Of a stretch of DNA of 64,000 nucleotides, positions 50,681 to 60,790 are shown one piece after another. A model generated the notes under the pieces. It did not search any database and was not told the origin of the DNA. It worked only from the letters and a program-made list of their open reading frames with translations. A program made the position numbers and the translations under genes. The first letter of the stretch is position 1; each line of letters opens with the position of its first letter. Origin of the DNA: Candidatus Poribacteria bacterium (lineage in GTDB: Bacteria; Poribacteria; WGA-4E; PCPOR2b); the NCBI GenBank assembly GCA_965198175.1, contig OZ240245.1:672001-736000 (forward strand), given 5' to 3'.

Positions 50681-51949
50681 GTGAGATTCTTGGCAGAAGG
50701 AATTTGTATTTACTGCAAAAAAGATAAAGGACTAAATAAAGAGCACGCTTTTCCCAATTCTCTATTGCAGAAGTGCGCACCATTGAGCAAATGTGCGCCC
50801 GAGTGGATAATTGAAAAGTTGTGTGAGGACTGTAATAACGCTACCCTAGGGAAACTTGATAAGGTTCTAGTAACTAGAAGCCCCATTGCATTCATATGGA
50901 GAGCGATTAAGACTGAATGGATGACAGACAAAATAGAAAAACAGAATAAATCTCAAGATTCATCCTTCTATAATGCAAAAGCGTACGGAATTGATCCTGT
51001 ACGCCTATTTTATCCAGATCCCTTATATGAAAACCGTATTGTTCTGCATGAAGAATTAGGCGCAAGTGCTCACAATTTTTGTCCAACATCTTTGGCACGC
51101 GCTCAGGCACCTCAGATGATTTTAACTCTATACACTGAAGGACAGACACCAGAGCAAGTAATAGCGGAACATTGCGAGAAATGGGATGCTGATACATTGC
51201 TCATTTCAAAATCTGACATACATGAAGGAATATACTGCATAGCTGGGAATACTTACATTTTCCCGCCAAAGGCGACCAGGTATTTCGTCAGCAACCTTGA
51301 TAGGGAACGGGAATTCATGTCCAAGTTCATGAAGACACGTGGCTACACTCAGTATTGCTTGAACATCCTATCTCCCGACAATCGAAAGGATTATGGCAAA
51401 ATTAGCGGGTTCTACAAGCGTCTTAGAGCAACCACTAAGTTACAGATTGAAGCAGAGAAGTTTGAACCGAAGGAGTCCACAGCGAATCTGATGATATTAG
51501 CTGATCAAGAAGCCAAGCCATACATCAATAGAGCAATAGCGAAAATAGCATTTCATTGCTTCTTATATTGGCATCCTGAATTCAGTGGTCATGAACCTAT
51601 ATTTGAGGAGATTAGAGCGTTCGTTTTGAAAAGCGGGAATCATCAGACCTCAAATGGCGAAGATTTCGTTACTGGATTAAATGTTCGTGATCGCTTTGTT
51701 TGGCCTTCACATGAACATTTTCACATTTTTCGTTTTTATGAAAATGGCGACAATATTATCTGCCAGATAGTTTTCTTTACGGGACTTTCGTTGAATCCCT
51801 CTCGCAGTGAGACACCTGAGCCACTTGCCAGTGAGATAATCTTAGCGGGGCATTCACAAAAGGCACGATTCGGTCGTGCTGAAGAGAGAGGAGTTCCTTT
51901 CTACGTACATGGGAAAAGCCAACTGAAGAGGAGGATAATTCCTGTATAG
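50681..51949 (+). CDS. HNH endonuclease-domain protein
   Basis: CIYC...EHAFP...CEDCNN..LGKLD zinc-finger HNH pattern; RAIAKIAF C-terminal motif. Confidence 0.78.
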   Translation: MRFLAEGICIYCKKDKGLNKEHAFPNSLLQKCAPLSKCAPEWIIEKLCEDCNNATLGKLDKVLVTRSPIAFIWRAIKTEWMTDKIEKQNKSQDSSFYNAKAYGIDPVRLFYPDPLYENRIVLHEELGASAHNFCPTSLARAQAPQMILTLYTEGQTPEQVIAEHCEKWDADTLLISKSDIHEGIYCIAGNTYIFPPKATRYFVSNLDREREFMSKFMKTRGYTQYCLNILSPDNRKDYGKISGFYKRLRATTKLQIEAEKFEPKESTANLMILADQEAKPYINRAIAKIAFHCFLYWHPEFSGHEPIFEEIRAFVLKSGNHQTSNGEDFVTGLNVRDRFVWPSHEHFHIFRFYENGDNIICQIVFFTGLSLNPSRSETPEPLASEIILAGHSQKARFGRAEERGVPFYVHGKSQLKRRIIPV

Positions 51950-52050
51950 AGCAGGAAAGCACCTGTTAGGTTTGGACCGACTGGAAAATACCGTGCGACA
52001 AGCAAACTGAAAACACGCAATGGTGGAATGGAAGTCGGCTCTTGATTCTA

Positions 52051-52079
52051 TTGAAAACTTAACATTCGTGTGGTATAAT
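52051..52079 (+). promoter_or_regulatory. CBASS operon promoter TTGAAA-17-TATAAT
   Basis: Read directly, with extended -10. A second TATAAT lies at 52134-52139. Confidence 0.6.
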
Positions 52080-52175
52080 TAAACAACTTCGTTTCGTAAT
52101 TTTTACTCGTTTTTGTTACATTTGTCTGTATAGTATAATTCACATTTTAGCGGTCAGAATAAGGGAAGTCATTCT

Positions 52176-53678
52176 ATGGCGAAAGCTATTGTGGCAAGAA
52201 GAAAAGGAGATGAATACCAAGCTAGAGTCTTCTGGTTAAAGATGCTTGAATTGAGAATTGGTGATTATGTGGAATCCGTGACCCTCGAAAGCGACCAAGT
52301 ATCTTTCGTCGATGATGTTGTCGTTTCCTACTGTAAGCCAAAGGTGGAAAAACAGACAGGTAAGCGAATTGTACGTGATTTTTTTCAGTGTAAGTATCAC
52401 ATGACGCAAGCCAACGCATTCAACCATGAAAATCTAATCGCCCCGGATTTTATCAACTGCAAGAACTCCATGCTACAACGTTTGTATGATGCGTATGAAA
52501 GCTTGTCAAGAGAGTTAGGTCAAGATTCTTTTCGAGTGTACATTTTCTCCAACTGGCACTGGGATCATCGAGACGCCATCGCTAAGCATTTACATGAGGA
52601 AATCATTCGTCCAACTTTTTATGAAAAAGGAGCGCAATCCCGGGAGGGTAGGGTACGCTCAAAATGGGCAGAGCATCTTTCGATATCGAATGAAAAACTC
52701 TCTGAATTCTTAAACACTGTCCGGTTCAATCTTGGAAGAAGTCTCACAGATTTGGAAAGTGAAATGCGACTACGTCTAGCGTTAGGTGGGCTACAGCCAA
52801 TTGACTCAACCGTGACTAACATCATTTACGATGACCTTGCGTGGAAGCTTTTTGGGCAGGGGCGTAATGCGTTTGACAGAAATTCTTTTTTGAAGATGAT
52901 ACATGAAGAAAAACTAATAGCTCAACGAGTCGCAGAACATAGCGAAATCTCCATTCAAAGTTTTGCGCAGTTCGCACGGCGACCCAAAGATCTCCAAGTG
53001 GATCATCTTGACTTACGCCAATTTTTTGATGAGCGTCTTCCGAAAGATGATTCGAATTGGAACGATGAGATTGCTGAACAAATCTCGGCATTCATGCTTA
53101 ATGAACGCTTGAGCGATGTCCCTCAACCCATCCATATTTTCTTTGATTGTCATCTGAGCATCGCATTCTTCGCAGGGTATTTGGTTAGTCCCAAACATAG
53201 AATTCATTTAATTCCCACACAGAAGACAGGTAACAATTACGTTCTTTGGCCATCTAACGCACCCGCCAACAATGAAGACCTTTGGAAATTCAGAACTGTC
53301 GGTGAGATAGACAAGGAATTGGTTTTGGGAATTTCTGTGACGCATCAGATACAGAACAAACTAAAACCCTGCTTAAAAGCTGAAGGACTAAGCGAATTGC
53401 CTCAAATCTTAGTTTGTCCAACAGAGGGTGTCGGCCACAACGCTGTTTCTGGAGGAGACCATGCTTGGCAACTCGGATGTCAACTTGCTTCGTGGCTTCG
53501 CGACGATCTTCCACATACATGTCGCAAGATACACATCTTTTTTGCTGGTCCGGTCGCATTGGGCTATATACTTGGACACACACTACGTCATATCACAGCG
53601 GTTGTTCAACTGTATGAATTCGATTTTGAAGGACAGAGCGGGGAGCAAAGATATTACCCAAGTTTACGTATTCCATAA
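52176..53678 (+). CDS. cap4: CBASS effector Cap4 (restriction-like endonuclease + SAVED)
   Basis: GDEYQARVFW, DDVV...QCK (PD-(D/E)xK-like), HLSIAFFAG, IHIFFAGPVALGYILG..VQLYEFD SAVED motifs. Confidence 0.92.
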   Translation: MAKAIVARRKGDEYQARVFWLKMLELRIGDYVESVTLESDQVSFVDDVVVSYCKPKVEKQTGKRIVRDFFQCKYHMTQANAFNHENLIAPDFINCKNSMLQRLYDAYESLSRELGQDSFRVYIFSNWHWDHRDAIAKHLHEEIIRPTFYEKGAQSREGRVRSKWAEHLSISNEKLSEFLNTVRFNLGRSLTDLESEMRLRLALGGLQPIDSTVTNIIYDDLAWKLFGQGRNAFDRNSFLKMIHEEKLIAQRVAEHSEISIQSFAQFARRPKDLQVDHLDLRQFFDERLPKDDSNWNDEIAEQISAFMLNERLSDVPQPIHIFFDCHLSIAFFAGYLVSPKHRIHLIPTQKTGNNYVLWPSNAPANNEDLWKFRTVGEIDKELVLGISVTHQIQNKLKPCLKAEGLSELPQILVCPTEGVGHNAVSGGDHAWQLGCQLASWLRDDLPHTCRKIHIFFAGPVALGYILGHTLRHITAVVQLYEFDFEGQSGEQRYYPSLRIP

Positions 53679-53706
53679 TAACTTTAACCATTAGGAGAGT
53701 CCCACC

Positions 53707-54834
53707 ATGGAATTACCAACCTATTTTACAAAATTCCTCCAGGAAATTCGTCCAACGGAGATTCAGAAGGAGAAATGCAAAACAGGGCATAAAACGCTAC
53801 GTAATCGACTCAAGGCAGATGAAAAGTTGAAACCGATTATCGTGAGTACATTTCTGCAGGGGAGTTACCGTCGCGCTACCGCCGTCCGCCCAAAAGGAGA
53901 AGCTAGCTTAGATGTAGACATCATCACCGTAACCCGACTGAGTCGATTTGATTACCCCAACCCGGATAAGGCTATGGATAAATTCGTGCCTTTCTTGGAT
54001 AAACACTACAAGGGTAAATATCAGAGACAGGGACGTTCCTTTGGAATTGAGCTTTCGTATGTCAATCTCGACCTTGTCATCACTTCGGCACCGTCCGAGG
54101 CGGAAGAGGAGATTTACGAAAGCAAGGCAGTCATGACAGACTTAACCCCTGAAGATGTGGATGATTGGCTATTTGTGAAGTCTTGGATTCCGCCGCATGA
54201 AAGGACAAATCAAATTGCGTTTCTGGAAACCCTCCATGGCGAGGAATGGAAAGCCGAACCACTGTGGATTCCTAACCGCGATGCTGGAGATTGGGAACGT
54301 ACGCATCCATTAGAGCAGATTAAATGGACGGCGAAAAAGAATGCACAGTGCAATAAGCATTATGTGAATGTCGTCAAGGCGATAAAATGGTGGCAGAGGA
54401 TTAATCATGAAGATGACCGCCCCAAAGGATATCCCCTTGAGCACCTCGTCGGGGTTTGTTGTCCTGACGGCATAAAGTCAGTTGCGGAAGGCGTTACACG
54501 GACGTTGGAAATGATCGTTGCAAATTACGAGTCGGAAGCTTGCAACAATCAGGTTCCCTATCTTCCTGACCACGGTGTCCCTTGCCACGATGTATTAGAG
54601 CGAGTGTCCGGAGAAGAGTTTGCTGAATTTTATGATCACGTGAAGGACGCGGCTAGATTAGCGCGAGAAGCTCTTGATGCTACCGACAAAAATAAGTCTA
54701 TTGAAAAATGGCGCGAGTTGTTTGGCAGTAAGTTTCCGGATTCAGATGATAACGGGGTTAAAGGGAACAGTTCGTCAGGTCCCTTCACCACCAAAAGTCC
54801 GAAGGGAGATACAAGGGTTCGGAGATATGGATAA
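53707..54834 (+). CDS. cdnD: CD-NTase cyclic oligonucleotide synthase, clade D-like
   Basis: STFLQGSYRRATAVRP, DVD, QGRSFGI.LSYV.LDLVIT, THPL.QI, PKGYPLEH, LFGSKFP; C-terminal Gly. Confidence 0.93.
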   Translation: MELPTYFTKFLQEIRPTEIQKEKCKTGHKTLRNRLKADEKLKPIIVSTFLQGSYRRATAVRPKGEASLDVDIITVTRLSRFDYPNPDKAMDKFVPFLDKHYKGKYQRQGRSFGIELSYVNLDLVITSAPSEAEEEIYESKAVMTDLTPEDVDDWLFVKSWIPPHERTNQIAFLETLHGEEWKAEPLWIPNRDAGDWERTHPLEQIKWTAKKNAQCNKHYVNVVKAIKWWQRINHEDDRPKGYPLEHLVGVCCPDGIKSVAEGVTRTLEMIVANYESEACNNQVPYLPDHGVPCHDVLERVSGEEFAEFYDHVKDAARLAREALDATDKNKSIEKWRELFGSKFPDSDDNGVKGNSSSGPFTTKSPKGDTRVRRYG

Positions 54835-56677
54835 AACATCCAACCAGAGCGAAATTCCTCAACTTGTGGTGGAGGCATATAATCTTCTACTGCAGCACCG
54901 GATTGTTGAAATTACCGATCCGATTCATCGAAAGCTTGACGAAGGTGCTCCGGGCTGGGTATTTGAGTGTGCAGTCAAAGTAACGTGTCCGAATCTGCAA
55001 AGTCTCCCCTGTGAAGTCTTCTTACGCGTTTTGGTACCCGGAGTATTTCCAAACGAACCAATCGAAGTCGTTCCTAAATCTGAAGAGGTGAGTGGATTTC
55101 CTCATCAGGAGTGGGAGTCGAGAAAGTTATGTTTGCCTGATGAACATCTTGCACCTCAGGACGCTTCCCGGCTTGTTTGCTACGTCAAATGGGCAATCGA
55201 ATGGCTAGAAGATGCGGCAATGGGTATGCTTCTTAAACCGGGCGACCGGTATGAATTACCTGACTTCCGCCACAAACTTCTGAATTCGCCACTTCTAACC
55301 AATTGTCCTTTGGTTTTCGAGGAATCGTCAAATTCTTACGAGCGTTGGGAATCTCATATTGGTACATCAGGACGCGTTGAGTGCTATTGGGGGTTTGGGG
55401 TTCAGGCGATATTCGCTGTCAGATTTTGCGATAATGGTGGTTTACTGATTAGAGAATCGGAATTCAGCCCGACCATCCTGAAAAAAGAAGGTATTATCAA
55501 CGGAAAATGGGTTCTTGTGCCTAATATATGCTATGAAAGACATCGCCCCCCTGAAACATTTGAAGAGATGGAAAACTTGTGTTCAAAAAATGGAGTGAAC
55601 TTCTATCAAATTCTCAAGGTCGCATGGCGGCTTTCAAATTCATGTAAATTTGGTGTTTTGCTCATTGGTTTTCCAATTCCCAAAATTGTTGGACAAGCTC
55701 CCATTGAAATCCATTGGCAACCACTTCTTTTCCCGAATTACGCCGATCCAACGAATCAACTAATTAAGCGCCGAAGCCAAGGACAATCTAGTAAATCGGA
55801 TCGAATTTGGCAGAAATTGATAAACGACGGATGTTTCTCACGATCTGAACACCTGCCGTGGGGAAAAGTTGAAAACGTAGCAAGCGAACGGTTGTATGCT
55901 AGAGGTTCTCATCCGTCAAAAGTCCAATCAACTCCGATCGCTTTTTTCGGTTGCGGCGCATTAGGAAGCGCTGTTGCAGAATTGCTTGCACGGGGCGGCG
56001 TAAAACGAGTTAATCTGTTTGACCCGGATTCAATAACGTTCGGTAATCTCTGCCGTCATACCCTTGATGGCTCCTCCGTCGGCTCAAATAAGGCCGAGGC
56101 GTTGGCGGAAAAACTTTCTCGTACGAATCCGCTTTCGACGATAATTGGACACGCTGTACGAATTCCGCTAGACTCACGGCAAGATGAGACAATGCGTCAG
56201 GCGCTTGCAGATGCTCATTTATTAGTTGACTGTACCACTAGTGAGGCAGCTTTCGATTGGTTGAATGAGTACGCCGTAGAAAACTGCAAGCGTTTAATTT
56301 CTTTGTTCTTCAATCTCCGTGCGGAATTGCTAACGATTTGTATATCAGGTGATTCCACGTCATGCGGAGACATATTTGCGGATTTAATGTGCTCTATACA
56401 AGAGGAACCGACACCGCTTCATCCCGATGTTTATTTTCACAAACCTTTACAGGAGGAAGAAGTTGTGGAGGGAGCAGGATGCTGGCATCCATGTTTTCCG
56501 GCCTTAAATACGCACGTCCATATTCTAGCGGCGCACGCTGTAGATATTTTCAGTCATACTATAGACTCAAACCAAAAAATAGGGCTTGCAGCAATTGTCA
56601 AGAGGCGGTCAGCACCGGAAAACAGTATCCAAGCGGGACCACTAGTGGAAGTGGTATGGACAAAAGAATACCCATGA
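54827..56677 (+). CDS. cap2: CBASS Cap2 (E2-E1/ThiF fusion)
   Basis: FPHQ...KLCL (E2 Cys), YELP, GCGALGS, NLCRH, DCT, GAGCWHP (E1 Cys). Start at ATG 54827. Confidence 0.92.
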   Translation: MDKTSNQSEIPQLVVEAYNLLLQHRIVEITDPIHRKLDEGAPGWVFECAVKVTCPNLQSLPCEVFLRVLVPGVFPNEPIEVVPKSEEVSGFPHQEWESRKLCLPDEHLAPQDASRLVCYVKWAIEWLEDAAMGMLLKPGDRYELPDFRHKLLNSPLLTNCPLVFEESSNSYERWESHIGTSGRVECYWGFGVQAIFAVRFCDNGGLLIRESEFSPTILKKEGIINGKWVLVPNICYERHRPPETFEEMENLCSKNGVNFYQILKVAWRLSNSCKFGVLLIGFPIPKIVGQAPIEIHWQPLLFPNYADPTNQLIKRRSQGQSSKSDRIWQKLINDGCFSRSEHLPWGKVENVASERLYARGSHPSKVQSTPIAFFGCGALGSAVAELLARGGVKRVNLFDPDSITFGNLCRHTLDGSSVGSNKAEALAEKLSRTNPLSTIIGHAVRIPLDSRQDETMRQALADAHLLVDCTTSEAAFDWLNEYAVENCKRLISLFFNLRAELLTICISGDSTSCGDIFADLMCSIQEEPTPLHPDVYFHKPLQEEEVVEGAGCWHPCFPALNTHVHILAAHAVDIFSHTIDSNQKIGLAAIVKRRSAPENSIQAGPLVEVVWTKEYP

Positions 56678-57177
56678 ATCAATTTCCGCTGAGATGGCAG
56701 TCTGAATGCAAACAGTATACGGTGCTCATATCGGAGTCCTGCCTTCTTAAGATGGTTGGGATTGCACGGAAGTGTTATCCGAGCGAAGTAGGTACATCAT
56801 TGGTTGGATGTTATTCGGATGATGGCTATCGGGCCAGTGTTCTAGACTTAGCGCCCTTAAGTTCAGACTCAAAAGGTTCCCGAACTTCGTTTCATAGAGG
56901 CGTCGCTGGTTTACGAAGTTTCTATAAAAAGCTTCGAAGGATTTTCTCTGGCAAACGATATTATGTGGGCGAATGGCATAGCCATCCTGATGCCACTCCT
57001 ATTCCAAGCAATACAGATAACCGAAATCAGTTGGAGATTGCGGAGGATACAAAAACAAACTGTCCAGAATGTATTCTCATAATTATCGGCGGTTCACTTT
57101 CCAACTTTGATAATATAGGAGTTTTTGTTTATTCACGAAAGAACGGCCGGGTTATTCTCTACCATACGGATAAGTGA
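56674..57177 (+). CDS. cap3: CBASS Cap3 JAB/JAMM isopeptidase
   Basis: PSEVG, YVGEWHSHP..PSNTD. ATGA overlap with cap2. Confidence 0.92.
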   Translation: MNQFPLRWQSECKQYTVLISESCLLKMVGIARKCYPSEVGTSLVGCYSDDGYRASVLDLAPLSSDSKGSRTSFHRGVAGLRSFYKKLRRIFSGKRYYVGEWHSHPDATPIPSNTDNRNQLEIAEDTKTNCPECILIIIGGSLSNFDNIGVFVYSRKNGRVILYHTDK

Positions 57178-57258
57178 AATGCGACTTGGCACACCGGACA
57201 TTTATTTTAAGGTAATCGTATTGCCTTCTAGGTACATGCACTCCTGAACAACAGCTCA

Positions 57259-57284
57259 AATCTGCGTCATCCGCGATTCAGACA
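57259..57284 (+). repeat. Copy 1 (partial) of the AATCCGCG-ATTCAGACA dispersed repeat
   Basis: AATCTGCGTCATCCGCGATTCAGACA. Confidence 0.8.
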
Positions 57285-57397
57285 ACATCAGAGAAGTGAA
57301 CCACCGGGCACAAGAAGAATCGCAACTTCAAGTGGTTTTGTTATCTGTCGGACAAGGGAGCGTCAAAAGGTATTATTCCTGAAACGAAAACATTCGT

Positions 57398-57949
57398 ATG
57401 CACATTCAAGACCTGATTCTGTTCGTAATTGGAAGTGAGAATGAGAAAAAAAGCCTCCGGGGACGATCGACCCTCCAAAAGAAACTGTATTTCCTCTCGG
57501 TATTAAACAAAACCGACCTCGGCTTCCGACCACACTACTATGGACCTTATAGCAGTCTGGTTGCGGAAAATCTGGACATTCTAGTCTACGCACGATTTCT
57601 GAAAGAGATCACGGAGTCTTTTTCGACAGACCGAAATGTCTTTGGGGAAATTCGCCGCCATACCTATTTTTGGACATCCGACAGTGAAGCTGTGATGGGC
57701 GAGATTAAACAAAAGGAAGGATACGCGGATTGGAAACGAGCACTTGACACGTTTAACAGCCTCCCATTGGCGAGCGATTTTAATACGCTCTCAATCGCTG
57801 CGAATGTACATTACATTGTCCACCAGCAAGAGCGTATCAAACGCAAGCAGATTAAGAAAATTGCTAAAGCGTATGACTGGGATATCAATAAGCAAGAAAT
57901 TGCAGGTGTGCATTCATTTCTTGAAGCGATTTCGCAAATATCTGTGTGA
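57398..57949 (+). CDS. YwgA/Panacea-like winged-helix protein
   Basis: GRSTLQKKLYFL...FRPHYYGPYS motif. Confidence 0.65.
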   Translation: MHIQDLILFVIGSENEKKSLRGRSTLQKKLYFLSVLNKTDLGFRPHYYGPYSSLVAENLDILVYARFLKEITESFSTDRNVFGEIRRHTYFWTSDSEAVMGEIKQKEGYADWKRALDTFNSLPLASDFNTLSIAANVHYIVHQQERIKRKQIKKIAKAYDWDINKQEIAGVHSFLEAISQISV

Positions 57950-58015
57950 AATTCCACTTGACCGCAAGGGAATTTACAATTCCCATCGATGAGAAACCGT
58001 AGACTTAATTCGCTT

Positions 58016-58053
58016 ATCCTTTAATCTGCGGCAATCCGCGATTCAGACATTAG
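58016..58053 (+). repeat. Copy 2 of the dispersed repeat (38 bp)
   Basis: ATCCTTTAATCTGCGGCAATCCGCGATTCAGACATTAG. Confidence 0.9.
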
Positions 58054-58075
58054 TAAATTGATTTGGGAATTAGCC

Positions 58076-59299
58076 ATGTTTAGTAGTCTGACCGAACTCA
58101 CTGGAAAAATATATCTGGGAGAAGACTCAACAATTGAATTCAAAAGGGAGTTGCCTCACAGAGAGAGTCTCGCCGATGAAATCGCTGCGTTTGCCAACGC
58201 GAACGGTGGGGTGATACTGATCGGTGTTGATGACGATAACGACGTTGTCGGTATTGACCGACAGGATCTGAACAGGACAGAGAAAACAGTGGTTGAAATA
58301 TGCGGAGACGACATTGACCCCATGGTTCACATTGTTACAGAAAAACTGCGGATTGATAATAAAAATCTGTTAAAAATCGAAGTGCCTCGGAGCCCGTTTG
58401 TTCATAAATCATCTAACGGTTATTTCATCCGCCAAGTTAGCAGCAAAAGAGAGATGACTACCGAGCAGTTGGGGCGATTGTTACAAAGCCGATCGCAGGC
58501 ACCTAGAATCTCTTTTGATGAGCAGTTCGTGCCGAACACTCACAAAGACACATTAAGGGAAAAGCTATACCAGCGATTTATCACAGAAGGAGTAACGGAC
58601 CGTGGGAAGATAGAAAATCTGCTACTTAAAAGACGCTTGCTGGTCAAAGATGGTCAGGAGTACTGCGCCTCGGTAGCCGGTCTGCTGATGTGCCATGATA
58701 GCCCCGACGATTACCTGTATAACAGTTTCATTCAAGCCGTTTTTTATAATGGCGTGGAAAAGGATGCGAATTACCAGCTTGACGCCAAAGATTTTAGAGG
58801 ACCGCTCGACCAGCAGATTGTGGATGCATTCAAATTTGTCGAAAGATACAACCAGGTATCGGCTCGCAAGGACGTTGGCAGAATAGAACGGTCACAATAC
58901 AGCATGAGAGCTGTTTTTGAGGCAGTGGCTAATGCAGTTGTACATAGAGATTATTCAAAAGCCGGATCGAAGATTCGTCTGTTTATGTTCACCGACCGGC
59001 TGGAACTCTATTCGCCGGGCGCATTGGCAAATACCTTAGCAGTGGACGATTTGCGCTACAACCAAGCAACCCGTAACGAACTCCTCGCACGCCTACTTTC
59101 TGAAACTACGCTTGACGATAATATGGGCAGGCAGGTAACAAGGCGGCACTTTCTTGAGCGTAGAGGTGAAGGGGTCGGAATCATTCTCAATGAAAGCCAG
59201 GCGCTTAGCGGCAAAACCCCTTTATATGAACTCTTCGGCGAGGAGTTGCGTTTGACCATTTTCGCTGCGAAGTCCCTACAGGATAGCGATGAGACCTAA
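58076..59299 (+). CDS. Schlafen/AlbA_2 domain + HATPase_c_4-like protein
   Basis: GEDSTIEFK, AFANANGGVILIGVDD, EAVANAVVHRDY, SPG, RN, ERRGEG. Confidence 0.88.
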   Translation: MFSSLTELTGKIYLGEDSTIEFKRELPHRESLADEIAAFANANGGVILIGVDDDNDVVGIDRQDLNRTEKTVVEICGDDIDPMVHIVTEKLRIDNKNLLKIEVPRSPFVHKSSNGYFIRQVSSKREMTTEQLGRLLQSRSQAPRISFDEQFVPNTHKDTLREKLYQRFITEGVTDRGKIENLLLKRRLLVKDGQEYCASVAGLLMCHDSPDDYLYNSFIQAVFYNGVEKDANYQLDAKDFRGPLDQQIVDAFKFVERYNQVSARKDVGRIERSQYSMRAVFEAVANAVVHRDYSKAGSKIRLFMFTDRLELYSPGALANTLAVDDLRYNQATRNELLARLLSETTLDDNMGRQVTRRHFLERRGEGVGIILNESQALSGKTPLYELFGEELRLTIFAAKSLQDSDET

Positions 59300-59375
59300 A
59301 GAAGAAGTAAAGCGCCGATCCCGATGAAGAATAGCGATGTACGTGTAACCATCTCAAACGAATTCCATCCGCGTA

Positions 59376-59413
59376 ATCCTTTAATCCGCGGCAATCCGCG
59401 ATTCAGACATTAG
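59376..59413 (+). repeat. Copy 3 of the dispersed repeat (38 bp, 1 mismatch to copy 2)
   Basis: ATCCTTTAATCCGCGGCAATCCGCGATTCAGACATTAG. Confidence 0.9.
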
Positions 59414-59671
59414 GTTCTGTTGACATTTGATAGTAGTGTAGGTCGAAGACGCTCCGAACTGAGTTGGGGTGAACCTCACTCATAAAACACACCAAGGCAC
59501 TCCACTTCGATGTATTTCCTCAAAGGGTGCTTCGCATAAAACGTTGAAAAAAACTCAGATATCAGGAATTGGTGGCTTGAAATGACTAAGGTGACGGGGG
59601 CGGGAGTGTAAACCCGTGTAAGAGGTAGCCTTGAGCTTGTTATCTATCTTGAAATTCTTCCCAAGATAGGT

Positions 59672-59770
59672 CTAAATCACGAACCACTTTCGGTGAGAAC
59701 CGCGTTTTGGGCGGGATAATTCTTGGCAACCAAGAGTTCTAAGCCTCTTTGACAGTTTCCGATAGTTCAT
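59672..59770 (-). pseudogene. hicA: Truncated HicA toxin (32 aa)
   Basis: MNYRKLSKRLRTLGCQELSRPKRGSHRKWFVI*: HicA N-terminus with GSH, then a stop. Overlaps the 3' end of hicB. Confidence 0.7.
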
Positions 59771-60143
59771 GTGGCACTGTTGCCTCAAACACGTAAGGCA
59801 GTGGATACTTGTCAGTTTTATTGGGAGTTTTTGTCGCAAACAAAGAAGCTATATCAGTTGCTGTCCAATCATCTTTTGGAAGTTGTTGCCAAAATTTTGG
59901 GAAAGACACATTTGCGTTTGGGTAAACAATACTATCTGGTATTTCTTTACCCAAATCTTCATATAGCTCTATTGTTGCAACAAAAGCATCTAAGGTTTGG
60001 TGTAGAGCCTCTTCTATAGTATTACCTTGAGTTGCTAATTCTGGTAATTCTTCACACGTTACCATATAGCAACCTTCCGGTTGTAAAGCTAGATTAACTG
60101 TAATTCTATAGCAAACCTTGCCTGTATTATATCGCCCTTCCAT
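59739..60143 (-). CDS. hicB: HicB-family antitoxin
   Basis: EGCYMVTCEELPELATQGNTIEEAL...GKEIP. Confidence 0.82.
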   Translation of the reverse strand: MEGRYNTGKVCYRITVNLALQPEGCYMVTCEELPELATQGNTIEEALHQTLDAFVATIELYEDLGKEIPDSIVYPNANVSFPKFWQQLPKDDWTATDIASLFATKTPNKTDKYPLPYVFEATVPHELSETVKEA

Positions 60144-60377
60144 TTGCTTTGCCTTTCAAAGAGTGACTGGTTTTGAATCTTGAAGCAACAACGCGGCACG
60201 AGAGTTCCGTCTACTTCCGCTCAATTTTAACACTATATGTAGTATAGTGTCAATAAATACAACAAACCCCACAATTTTGTTAGCTGTCATCGGTATTATG
60301 TGCTAAGCTAAAATACTGAATATGTGCGGTGAATGGCGAACCGCCGACCGCGGTATTGGTGGCGGCGGAGGTTCCAG

Positions 60378-60790
60378 TGCCAACTCGAACGGTGGGGTGA
60401 TACTGATCGGTGTTGACGATTATAGCGAAATTGTCGGTATTGACCGCCAGGATCTCGACAGGACAGAGAGAACAGTGGTGGAAATATGTAGAGACAACAT
60501 TGACCCTATGGTTCACATTGTTACAGAAGAACTGCGGATCGATGACACGAATCTGTTGAAAATAGATGTGCCGCCAAGCTTGTTTGTACATAAATCTTCT
60601 GGACGTTATTTTGTTCGCGTAGCAAGTAGCAAGGCGACACTTTCCGGAGCGTAGGGGTGAAGGAGTCGGAATCATTCTCAATGAGAGCAACGCGCTTAGC
60701 GGTAAAACCCCTGCATATGAACTCTTCGGCGAAGAATTGCGCTTGACCATTTTCGCCGCAAAATCCTTGCAAGATAGCGATGAGACCTAA
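60378..60790 (+). pseudogene. Internally deleted paralog of the AlbA_2/HATPase gene
   Basis: 60378-60630 aligns to about 58192-58445 and 60623-60790 to about 59131-59299. The 3' flank also matches to about 60868. Confidence 0.88.

Noticed and set aside
57259..59413. Integron attC sites
   Set aside because: No RYYYAAC/GTTRRRY core pair, the repeat is not palindromic, and there is no integrase in the window.
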